Assembly: GCA_902384455.1 (NCBI GenBank)
Contig: CABMCB010000011.1
Span: 1 to 64,000, forward strand
Reading direction: 5' to 3'
DNA from: an uncultured archaeon
Lineage (GTDB): Archaea > Altiarchaeota > Altiarchaeia > IMC4 > SCGC-AAA252-I15
Length of the DNA: 64,000 bases
Shown: piece by piece, positions 47,823 through 56,265 of the stretch
Position numbering within the stretch: position 1 is the first letter of the stretch
Layout of the letters: every line of letters starts with the position of its first letter
Notes under the pieces: generated by a model
The model's input: only the letters and a program-made list of their open reading frames with translations
Told to the model about the DNA's origin: nothing
Database searches by the model: none
Position numbers and translations under genes: made by a program

Positions 47823-49340
47823 TCACGTGCGCGAGGTCATGGGAGCAATTAATGAGTCGACTGGCGCATAGTCGTCGGTCAAAACCGGCACGTCGTCCAA
47901 TTGAACTTCGCCCTCATACAGAGTATTAATCTTCTTCAAAACGTCGCTTGAGTTTAGTCCCACGTCCGTTTTTTCTGCGCTTAAAATCAGGCGTTCTTTA
48001 CCTAACCCGCCGTCTCTTGTTGTGAACGTGATTATCGTGCTTCTTTGGTTGGTGTCGTTTGAAGTGAAGTAGAAGACGTCGAGAGGGCCGAATACTTCCC
48101 GGTAAGTCTTGTATTCCGAGCGGAACATTAGGCCTTCTTCGCCGGATAGTGCGGACACTATTTCTGCGGCGAAGACTCCTTTTTCTGTGAGGTGGTCTTT
48201 TATGCTTTGAGCCATTTGTTTTGTGGTGAGGTGGAAGGGTATGGCGTGTGTTCCGCCGTATATGTCCAGTATTATTAGGTCGTATTTTTTGTCTGAATCC
48301 GAGAGATACATTCGGGCGTCTTTTTCTATTAGATTGATTCTGTCGTTGCCTGTTAGGCCGAAGTATTTTTCTGCTGCTGCGAGCACTTCCGGGTCTATGT
48401 CCACCACGTCTATTGTGGCGTTGGGGTGTAGTCGCGCGAGCTCTTTGGGTCCTGCGCCGCTTCCGCAGCCTAAGACGAGTATGTTGCGTATCTGGGGTTT
48501 GTAGAGCCACGCGAGGTTGTAGTAGTCTACGTATTCGTAGAATGACGTGTTTGAGGGCATGCGTATTCCGCCTTGAAAGAGGCTTCCGAGCGCCAGCAGT
48601 CTCGTTGTTCCATTGGCGGCTTGATTGTCGGTCACCTGGAGGTATTCGTACGGCGTGTCTTTTGCCAGAAGAACGTGGGTGGAGTTGTTTTCCCCGAAAG
48701 CCAGTGGTGACGTTGATGTGACGCGGATGGATAGGTAAACGACTGAAGCAAGCACCATGAGTATGAGGCTTACGTCTCTTCCTCCGATGTAGATGCTTAT
48801 TGCAAGGAGGAGCAGACTTGTTCCGTATACTATTGAAGTAACGCCAATGTAGGGGATTAGGATGAACCCGGTGGCAAGCGTTCCTATAATGCTCCCTATT
48901 GTTGAGAGTGCTATCAAATTGCCTGCTGTTCGCCCGGTTTTCTCTAGCGCATTTATCTTTATTTTGAGGGCGAACGGCGTCACCATACCCAGAAAGTAGC
49001 TTGGCATGAAGAGGGCGACTACTGATGTTACTAGGGAACCCGCCTTGAATCCTGCGACGTTCTTAAGTATTGTTCCTAAGAAGACAGTAATGTAAGGCAT
49101 GAGGGCGACGAAAAATGCGGCGTAAAGTATGACTTCAGACAGTTTCTTGGGCGACGGATTCTCGTCTGCGAAAATACCCCCGCGGTAGTAACCTAAGCTT
49201 AATGCTGCAAGCACCACGCTTATCAGGCTAGTCCACACGAAAAGCGAGTTCCCGTAAATGGGCGCAAGAAGCCTGCTTGAAAGGACTTCAACAACCATGA
49301 CTGCCGCCCCACACAGGAAAACAGTCGCCTTAAGCCGCAT
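47823..49340 (-). CDS. Fused membrane/spermidine synthase-like methyltransferase
   Basis: N-terminal TMs (EVLSSRLLAP.YG), LGCGSG, VDIDPEV, DAR, LTDDYAPV. Confidence 0.85.
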   Translation of the reverse strand: MRLKATVFLCGAAVMVVEVLSSRLLAPIYGNSLFVWTSLISVVLAALSLGYYRGGIFADENPSPKKLSEVILYAAFFVALMPYITVFLGTILKNVAGFKAGSLVTSVVALFMPSYFLGMVTPFALKIKINALEKTGRTAGNLIALSTIGSIIGTLATGFILIPYIGVTSIVYGTSLLLLAISIYIGGRDVSLILMVLASVVYLSIRVTSTSPLAFGENNSTHVLLAKDTPYEYLQVTDNQAANGTTRLLALGSLFQGGIRMPSNTSFYEYVDYYNLAWLYKPQIRNILVLGCGSGAGPKELARLHPNATIDVVDIDPEVLAAAEKYFGLTGNDRINLIEKDARMYLSDSDKKYDLIILDIYGGTHAIPFHLTTKQMAQSIKDHLTEKGVFAAEIVSALSGEEGLMFRSEYKTYREVFGPLDVFYFTSNDTNQRSTIITFTTRDGGLGKERLILSAEKTDVGLNSSDVLKKINTLYEGEVQLDDVPVLTDDYAPVDSLIAPMTSRT

Positions 49341-49419
49341 AAACGTATGATATGAGGGACAGAATATATTAGGGCAGGATGACGACGTTTTTTAGCCGGC
49401 ATTACTTTTAGGATAAGTT

Positions 49420-50337
49420 ATGGCGTCCGAAACAAAGAAAGACAAACCAGAAGAAGGCAACGGCGAAACGCCAGCCGAAAAAGGAAAAAAGAAAAGCATA
49501 TACTTCTGGTTCGTAGTAGGCGTACTGATAGTCACAATCGGCTTTGGAACATACACCCTAATGAAACCCAAAACAACGGAAACCACAATAGCAGGCATAA
49601 AAATAATAGCCGAAACACCAATCACAGACCTGATAGGACAAAAAGACGTGTTCATAGGCCAACAAACAGACCCCTCCGCCCTAACATGCGCATTCGAAAT
49701 ATCCGCCGTAAGCAACATAGTCCGCCAAGGATACCGCATAGACATCGCCTACGGAGACACAGGAGTCTACATAAGAAAAGACGGCACAACAATCCGCGGC
49801 CGCACCCCAAACGACCTGCTTAACGCATGCCACGCCTTCCTGTGCGCAAGAGACCAAATTGAGTGCCCCGACAACTTCGACCGCATAAAGGCCATCGTTT
49901 ATTCTGCGCCCAAACTTAACGCAGTAGTAGACTCGAACCTCTCATCCAACGCAACCCGAAACTACCCTGAACTGATGGGCGTATTAGGTTACGTTCAAGC
50001 TCAGCGCGCAGACACCAACGGCGACGGAGTACTAAACCAAACGGAGATAAGCGAAAACACGGTGTACATATTCCCCTACCTCCAAGACGGAGAAATATGC
50101 AAACTACAGAACCTCAACAACCTCATAGAAAACCTCAACGCCAGCAACATAACACGGCCCTGCGCCGAAATACCCGGAATACACGTAGGATACGGAAAAA
50201 ACCGCATAGAACTCGGAGTAGACAAAATAACAATCACAGGCGACGACGCCAGCCTACACACCGCATCAGTCATAGTCCGCGACGCCATAGCACCAGAATG
50301 GATCAGAGTAGTCTACAACATGGAGAACACCACGTAG
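49420..50337 (+). CDS. Membrane-anchored extracellular protein with EF-hand-like loop
   Basis: Single N-terminal TM; DTNGDGVLNQTE Ca-binding-like loop; several Cys. Confidence 0.55.
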   Translation: MASETKKDKPEEGNGETPAEKGKKKSIYFWFVVGVLIVTIGFGTYTLMKPKTTETTIAGIKIIAETPITDLIGQKDVFIGQQTDPSALTCAFEISAVSNIVRQGYRIDIAYGDTGVYIRKDGTTIRGRTPNDLLNACHAFLCARDQIECPDNFDRIKAIVYSAPKLNAVVDSNLSSNATRNYPELMGVLGYVQAQRADTNGDGVLNQTEISENTVYIFPYLQDGEICKLQNLNNLIENLNASNITRPCAEIPGIHVGYGKNRIELGVDKITITGDDASLHTASVIVRDAIAPEWIRVVYNMENTT

Positions 50338-50340
50338 ACA

Positions 50341-51309
50341 ATGGGAGTAAACCTAAAGGACATCGTCCCCTACCGGCAAATAGAATTCGACGAACTTAAA
50401 GGCAAAACCATCGCAGTAGACGCCCTAAACACCCTCTACCAATTTCTCGCAAGCATAAGACAACCAGACGGCACACCGCTCATGGACACCCAAGGCAACG
50501 TCACAAGCCACCTAGCAGGCCTAATGTACCGCACAGGCAGACTACTTAGGATGGGAATAAGACCAGTCTACGTCTTTGACGGAACCCCGCACCCGCTGAA
50601 AAAGACCGAACTCGACAGGCGCAAAAAACTCAAGGAAGAATCCCAAACCAAATGGGACGAAGCCAAACAAGCAGGACGCCTCGATGAGGCCCGCAAGTAC
50701 GCTCAGCGCACAGGCAGGCTCACTAAGGAGATGACCGCCGACGCCCGGACGCTTCTTTCGCTTATGGGCGTACCCTACGTGGAGGCACCCGGCGAAGGAG
50801 AAGCCCAATGCGCCTACATGGTCCAGAAAGGCGACGCTTGGGCGAGCGCAAGCCAAGACTACGACAGCATCCTTTTCGGCGCACCCAGACTAATCCGCAA
50901 CCTCACATTGACAGGACAGCTTGAACTTCAGCTTGTGGAACTCGCGGAAACCCTAAAGCAAACTGAGGCAACACGCGAACAACTCGTCGACGCAGCAATA
51001 CTCGCAGGCACAGACTTCAACGAAGGAGTCTTCGGCATAGGACCAAAAAAAGGCCTAAAAGTAGCTCGCGAAGGAAAAACAAGCGAACAGGACGTTGGCG
51101 CACCTCTTGATGACGTCCGCGCCATATTCCTCACCCCCAACGTAACAGACAAATACGACATAAACTGGGGCAAACTAGACGAAAACAAACTCGTAGCATT
51201 CCTAAACGGCGAACACCAATTCAGCGAAAACCGCGTCAGAACCACAGCCCACGAAATACAGAAGGCCCTGAACGAACAGACGCAACAGAACCTGAACAAA
51301 TGGTTTTAG
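50341..51309 (+). CDS. fen: Flap endonuclease 1
   Basis: MGV, DALNTLYQFL.SIRQPDG, EGEAQ, SQDYDS, GTDFN, C-terminal PIP box QQNLNKWF. Confidence 0.97.
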   Translation: MGVNLKDIVPYRQIEFDELKGKTIAVDALNTLYQFLASIRQPDGTPLMDTQGNVTSHLAGLMYRTGRLLRMGIRPVYVFDGTPHPLKKTELDRRKKLKEESQTKWDEAKQAGRLDEARKYAQRTGRLTKEMTADARTLLSLMGVPYVEAPGEGEAQCAYMVQKGDAWASASQDYDSILFGAPRLIRNLTLTGQLELQLVELAETLKQTEATREQLVDAAILAGTDFNEGVFGIGPKKGLKVAREGKTSEQDVGAPLDDVRAIFLTPNVTDKYDINWGKLDENKLVAFLNGEHQFSENRVRTTAHEIQKALNEQTQQNLNKWF

Positions 51310-52896
51310 CTATTTTGCCTTTGAGTATATCGTTATTTTTCCGGTCTGATTTTCTAGCTTAAAACGGTCTTCAATGTAGCGGTTGAATCCATCGTCCTTG
51401 TATTGGTATATTCCTGCCGACTTTATGTACTCGTAAAAGGGGAGGTCTGGTTTTATGCCGGTCACTAGCAATGCATATGTTGCATTTGCCGTGATTCTTT
51501 CATAGAATAGAAGCACATCTGGCTCATTGCTTGCTCTATACGGGAGGTAGAGTTCCACTCCTTCAGGGGGAATGCTGTAGTTTGATATAAACGCGATGGA
51601 CGGCGAAACAACAGGATCCCCTGTTAAGACCCCGCCTTTGGGGGATACAAAAGTCAGATACTCCGCCGTTTGCCGTATGGATGCGTCCCACTGCAGGTTT
51701 GTTACTATCGCTAAGATGTAGGTGGTTGCTAGAATGATGATAAAAAAAAGCATTATGAAAGCGTGCTGTCCCCGGACTGAAGAAAGCGGACGACCCGCAA
51801 GGAGAGCAAACGGGATGATTAAGTAGTTTCCGTACGATATGACGTTCCCTATTGTGGCCTCAAAAGGAATGAAGAAGATAACGCACAGAACGCTTAGGCA
51901 GTATAGTCCTATGAAAAGTTCGTACGGGGTCTGATTGCCCAAACGGAAGTTTAACAGTACCTGAATAAAACCCAACGCCCCGAAAAATATTATAATAGGG
52001 TCGTTCAACAGGAGGGGTAGGACATAAAGTAGCTTTAGGATGTCGGGGGTTCCTGAGCGGCTCATGTGGTATCCTATGACGTCGTGGATGAATTGGTCCG
52101 AGATTAAGGGGGGGAAGAATAGGATTACTGGAATTGCAAATCCTGCGACGTATGAGAGTATACTCGTTTTTTGTTTTGAATTAGGACGAAGAAGGAGAAA
52201 CAGTATCTGTATGAAAGGCAGTATTAGGGACAGCACCTTGGAGTATACTGCGACAGAAGCTATGCACCCTGACACGAAGAAAAGAAAGGAAGATTTATTT
52301 CTGATACCCTTGAAAAAAAGCAGGGTAGAAAGGGGAATAAGAAGAAAATGTGTCGCGTGGAGCCAGACCATCTGAGAAGTCATAATCGCAAGTATTGACG
52401 TAGAGTAGACAAACATGGTCAGCGCCCTATCCACAGGTTTGACGGAAACATAACCTGAAAGAGCATACACCAAAGGGAAAGAGAGGATAGAACAAACAAA
52501 CGGAAGTATCTTAGCATGAAAAAGACTTAGGCCGAACAACCTGAACAACCCCGCAACCATGTAAACGTCCAACGGAGGCTGAGAGAAAAAGAAGTCTACG
52601 TATGGCTTTTTCCCCTCGTAGACGAGCTTAGCGACGTAAATAAACGTCGGCTCGTCAGAACCAGTGAACGCGTTAAGCAAAGGAGTACGGGCGAACAAAC
52701 CTACTACGACTGAAAAAATAACTAATGCCGATGCCCTTCGAGAGAATATTTCACCGACACTTTTCCTATCGAATTTTTTGAGTGTATCAGGGCGCCGAAG
52801 AAGTAGATAAAGTTCCATAAAAAGAACTGCTGGAACCCCCGCATATAGTCCGACGGTTAATGCCTTCTCGCATAGACGGAAAACTTCAGAAAGCAT
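51310..52896 (-). CDS. GT-C (ArnT/GT39-like) membrane glycosyltransferase
   Basis: SDEPTF..VAK...GKKPYVDFFFSQPPL; multiple TMs. Confidence 0.7.
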   Translation of the reverse strand: MLSEVFRLCEKALTVGLYAGVPAVLFMELYLLLRRPDTLKKFDRKSVGEIFSRRASALVIFSVVVGLFARTPLLNAFTGSDEPTFIYVAKLVYEGKKPYVDFFFSQPPLDVYMVAGLFRLFGLSLFHAKILPFVCSILSFPLVYALSGYVSVKPVDRALTMFVYSTSILAIMTSQMVWLHATHFLLIPLSTLLFFKGIRNKSSFLFFVSGCIASVAVYSKVLSLILPFIQILFLLLRPNSKQKTSILSYVAGFAIPVILFFPPLISDQFIHDVIGYHMSRSGTPDILKLLYVLPLLLNDPIIIFFGALGFIQVLLNFRLGNQTPYELFIGLYCLSVLCVIFFIPFEATIGNVISYGNYLIIPFALLAGRPLSSVRGQHAFIMLFFIIILATTYILAIVTNLQWDASIRQTAEYLTFVSPKGGVLTGDPVVSPSIAFISNYSIPPEGVELYLPYRASNEPDVLLFYERITANATYALLVTGIKPDLPFYEYIKSAGIYQYKDDGFNRYIEDRFKLENQTGKITIYSKAK

Positions 52897-52981
52897 CTTT
52901 AAACTCCAGCAACTGGATAAACGGCATCATATTATACGAAGTATACGCTTACGCTACACATCCCCTTAGCATCGTTTTACT

Positions 52982-53524
52982 TTATATGAAACCGCCTAAA
53001 AAGACGGAAAAAGACTCGGACATATCAAGCGACAACAGATTAGTCTCTCCCTTATTTTTAACCCACCCCGCAACCCTCTTGAAGTCAATTTCTTTAGTTA
53101 CGTCAACCTCCAACACAGGCACCTTCTTCCCTAACGCCTCCTCAAGGATGACCCCCAGAAACTCCGCCTCAACATTCTCCCTGATTTTCTCCGAAGAATA
53201 CTTCCGGGCCTTAAGCCGCCCAGCCAAAACAAGCGCGTCACAACGGACGACAACAACACGCTCCACAGGCAAATGATGACTCAACAAACCGTCCAAAACG
53301 ACCACCCCCGAACTCCCCCTAATTTTCTCCTTTAACGCACCCTCAAGCACATCAACGTCAACGGCCAACGCATCCCTCTTTCTGTCCCTTACGCCCAAAC
53401 CCTCTTTCTTCACCAAAGCAGTCAAATCAACATCATTAAAACCCGACTCCCCAAGCAGCCTACACAACGCCGACTTGCCCACACCCGGCGACCCCGAAAC
53501 AGCAACCAAACGAACAGAAACCAC
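52982..53524 (-). CDS. Adenylate kinase AK6/Fap7 family
   Basis: SGSPGVGKS, SHHL, RL..RKYS.EKIRENVEAE. Confidence 0.9.
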   Translation of the reverse strand: MVSVRLVAVSGSPGVGKSALCRLLGESGFNDVDLTALVKKEGLGVRDRKRDALAVDVDVLEGALKEKIRGSSGVVVLDGLLSHHLPVERVVVVRCDALVLAGRLKARKYSSEKIRENVEAEFLGVILEEALGKKVPVLEVDVTKEIDFKRVAGWVKNKGETNLLSLDMSESFSVFLGGFI

Positions 53525-53632
53525 GTTAATAATTAAGCGGGCACATCACATTAAACATACAAAACGACGCAACTTACCTTAAGAGGCCTTCATTTTCATC
53601 TGCCGGACAATTCAAACAGGCTACAGCAGAAT

Positions 53633-53830
53633 TCAATAGGATTTTCCCTTCGAGGACATTATCCCATAACCTGCCCCTATAATCCCTCCCAAGACGGCAA
53701 GCCCTAACGCAACATATAAGGGGTTGATAGACGAACGCTTGAGCATACCTAAACCCATGCCAATTGCACCTCCAAAAAACAAACCTAGCCCACCATAGTA
53801 CCTAGCTAACTCCTCTGCAAGAACGTCCAT
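53633..53830 (-). CDS. Small Gly-rich two-TM membrane protein
   Basis: 65 aa, two hydrophobic GxxxG-rich helices; divergent from pilin array. Confidence 0.55.
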   Translation of the reverse strand: MDVLAEELARYYGGLGLFFGGAIGMGLGMLKRSSINPLYVALGLAVLGGIIGAGYGIMSSKGKSY

Positions 53831-53901
53831 TTTGGTTTATTGTAAATATTTATTGGATATGTCTTTTATTAATGTTAAATAAAAAGGATAACTGAGAGAG
53901 C

Positions 53902-54231
53902 ATGTCATTCAAAATTATGCGAACTGAAAAGTATTTTCTCTTAATCATCTCTTTACTCCTTGCAACAGAGAACGCCACAGCAGCACCTACATGGACGTAT
54001 CTCCCAAACATATGCATGTTAGCCACGCTAATAGCAAACGTCGCAGGCGCCTTAGCCTCTCTAACAATTATTTCCGCAGGATTAAAGTGGGTGACAAGCG
54101 GAGACGCACCCGGAGACAGAAAGCAGGCAAAGGAGATGATAATACACGCAATAGTAGGACTTGTAATTATCTTTGCAGCTAGGTCGTTCGTTCTCCTGTA
54201 TGCGTCCTATGGATTCTTAGCATGCCTGTGA
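53902..54231 (+). CDS. VirB2/TrbC-like pilin 1
   Basis: Signal peptide, two TMs joined by GLKWVTSGDAPGDRKQAKEMIIHAIVGL. Confidence 0.75.
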   Translation: MSFKIMRTEKYFLLIISLLLATENATAAPTWTYLPNICMLATLIANVAGALASLTIISAGLKWVTSGDAPGDRKQAKEMIIHAIVGLVIIFAARSFVLLYASYGFLACL

Positions 54232-54643
54232 GATTTGCTCTGTTTTAAAAAAAAAAGGAGTAGAGACTTAGGAGCATGATGAACCAAAAAGGTCAAAGCT
54301 TGCCTGTGACCCGTATTTTTAATCTCAGTAGTGGTAATATAGAACATAGGTGTCTACTATGACTTCCCTTAATAAACTTTGCAGGATGGAAAACGCTATA
54401 AAATACATAGCAGCAGCATTTATTGTCTCGGTGTTAGCTACGCCAGCAATGGGCTATGTGGTGCTACAACCTTGGGCCGGCTTAGACCCCCTTTGCTACA
54501 TCGCCACATTAATGGCCAACATAGCCGCAGCCATAGCCGTAATAGTAATCATTTCTGCAGGACTTAAGTGGGTTACAAGCGGAGACGCACCCGGAGACAG
54601 AAAAGCAGCAAAAAATATGATAATACACGCAATAGTAGGACTT
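54070..54643 (+). repeat. Direct repeat pair inside pilins 1 and 2 (54070-54162 and 54551-54643)
   Basis: 82/93 nt identical, with exact runs of 29 and 27 nt. Confidence 0.85.
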
Positions 54644-54706
54644 ATCATTATAATGGTATATGCAATATTCATAAACTTTGCCAGTACAATTAACCCTTGT
54701 AAATAG
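54359..54706 (+). CDS. VirB2/TrbC-like pilin 2
   Basis: GLKWVTSGDAPGDRKAAKNMIIHAIVGL; start could be 54386. Confidence 0.75.
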   Translation: MTSLNKLCRMENAIKYIAAAFIVSVLATPAMGYVVLQPWAGLDPLCYIATLMANIAAAIAVIVIISAGLKWVTSGDAPGDRKAAKNMIIHAIVGLIIIMVYAIFINFASTINPCK

Positions 54707-54734
54707 ACACCTACTGAGAATTGATACATCAGGC

Positions 54735-55094
54735 ATGAGAGAGAAAACTGAATTAAGCGGCCGGTTTTTAGGCCGCTTAACCTTATTTTTATTTTCTTTT
54801 TGGCCGTTTGTTCTGACGGTTTCCGCGTCCCCTTTAGGCAGTAGTTTGGGGACGATATGTGTTTTAGCCAACATGATTGCTAATTTTGCGGGGATATTGG
54901 CTTTTATCATTATAGTTTATGCTGGTATGACGTGGGTTGAGTCAGGAGCAGACCCGGGAAAGAGGAAGAAAGCGCAGGATATGGTAATTAATGCGGTACT
55001 TGGTTTGGCGCTTATGATTTCGATTCCCACCGTTATTTTTGGGATGGGATTAGTTCCTTGCGATTTGACTACTGGTTTACCGTGGGGTGCATGA
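54735..55094 (+). CDS. VirB2/TrbC-like pilin 3
   Basis: AGMTWVESGADPGKRKKAQDMVINAVLGL. Confidence 0.72.
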   Translation: MREKTELSGRFLGRLTLFLFSFWPFVLTVSASPLGSSLGTICVLANMIANFAGILAFIIIVYAGMTWVESGADPGKRKKAQDMVINAVLGLALMISIPTVIFGMGLVPCDLTTGLPWGA

Positions 55095-55432
55095 AGATGA
55101 GAGATACACGCGCTTGCAGCAGGTTGCTTTGGAGGGGTTACCCCTTTTTAGCAGTGATCGCTTTTTCTTCAACTGCTTCAGCCACGGGCATATTATATCC
55201 TCTCGTTGGAGCCATCTGCACGTTGTATTATGTGGTTACGGAGGTGGCAGGTTACGCCGCAACAATAGTTTTAGCTTACGCAGCAGCCAAATGGGTTATT
55301 TCCGGAGATGACCCGGGGCAACGGAAGGCCGCCAAGGAGATGATTATTCACGTTCTTATCGGTTTGGCGTTATTGACTTCAGCGACAGAGATAGTTAAGG
55401 GGATAACAGGCAACCCAGGGTGCGCGCCTTAA
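55091..55432 (+). CDS. VirB2/TrbC-like pilin 4
   Basis: AAKWVISGDDPGQRKAAKEMIIHVLIGL; ATGA overlap with pilin 3. Confidence 0.72.
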   Translation: MKMRDTRACSRLLWRGYPFLAVIAFSSTASATGILYPLVGAICTLYYVVTEVAGYAATIVLAYAAAKWVISGDDPGQRKAAKEMIIHVLIGLALLTSATEIVKGITGNPGCAP

Positions 55433-56217
55433 ACACGTTTTTTCTCAACACCCCGACGGAATACTCCGATTAAGGTGCTTGCTTCTTTGCCGGAGACGAA
55501 TGCGCGGCCGAGCACGTGGCGGAATGTTTTTTTGGCGAGTTTCCTTTGGTATTCGCCCTCCGTTACCGAGTCCACGAGGTCGTCGTATTTCTTGAGCAAA
55601 AATTCTTTCTGTTCAAGCGACAGTTCCCGCATCTTGTTTTGAGAGGAAAGAATCTTCTTGTTTTTCAGGCGCGAAACCTCGTAGAGTATCACCGCCACCG
55701 CCTGCGCCAGATTCAGGGTGCTGTACTGCGGGTGAGCAGGAATTGTTACCAAGAGGTCGCACAACTCAAGTTCCTCATTGGAGAGGCCGGATTCTTCGCG
55801 GCCGAATACTATTGCTATTGTTCCTTTGGATTCGACGGCGGAGGTGAGGTTTTCTGGGTAGATGGGTGTGCGTAGTGCGTTTGCGTCTGTGCCTACTATT
55901 GCGCTTGTGGCTACGAGGAAGTCTGCTTGTTTGCGTACTTCTGTGAGTGTGTTGAATCTTTTGGCGTTTTTGAGTATGTCTAGTGCGTGCATGCTTCTTC
56001 TTCTTGCTTCGGCGTCTTCTGGTGGGGCGGCAACTAGCCAGAGTTTTGTGAAGCCGAAGTTTTTCATGACGCGCGCTACTCCTCCTATGTTTCCTCCGTA
56101 TACGGGGGAGACGAGCACTACCGCGAATGATTCGAATCCTCCTTTTAGCGGGTCGGATTCCTTTGGGCGTCTGCCCCGGCGTATTGGGGGTTTTGCGGCG
56201 TTTTGCATGCATACCAT
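55429..56217 (-). CDS. trmJ: SPOUT tRNA/rRNA methyltransferase, TrmJ family
   Basis: GNIGGVARVMKNFG, VFGREESGLSNEEL, LNLAQAV..ILYE; start 56217 or 56208. Confidence 0.9.
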   Translation of the reverse strand: MVCMQNAAKPPIRRGRRPKESDPLKGGFESFAVVLVSPVYGGNIGGVARVMKNFGFTKLWLVAAPPEDAEARRRSMHALDILKNAKRFNTLTEVRKQADFLVATSAIVGTDANALRTPIYPENLTSAVESKGTIAIVFGREESGLSNEELELCDLLVTIPAHPQYSTLNLAQAVAVILYEVSRLKNKKILSSQNKMRELSLEQKEFLLKKYDDLVDSVTEGEYQRKLAKKTFRHVLGRAFVSGKEASTLIGVFRRGVEKKRV

Positions 56218-56265
56218 TTTCGTATGTCCCCTATTTATCTTGTTTATCCCAATTTCCTTACGTTC

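Noticed and set aside
54070-54643. Diversity-generating retroelement TR/VR pair
   Set aside because: Mismatches are not confined to adenines, both copies are coding cores, and no reverse transcriptase is present
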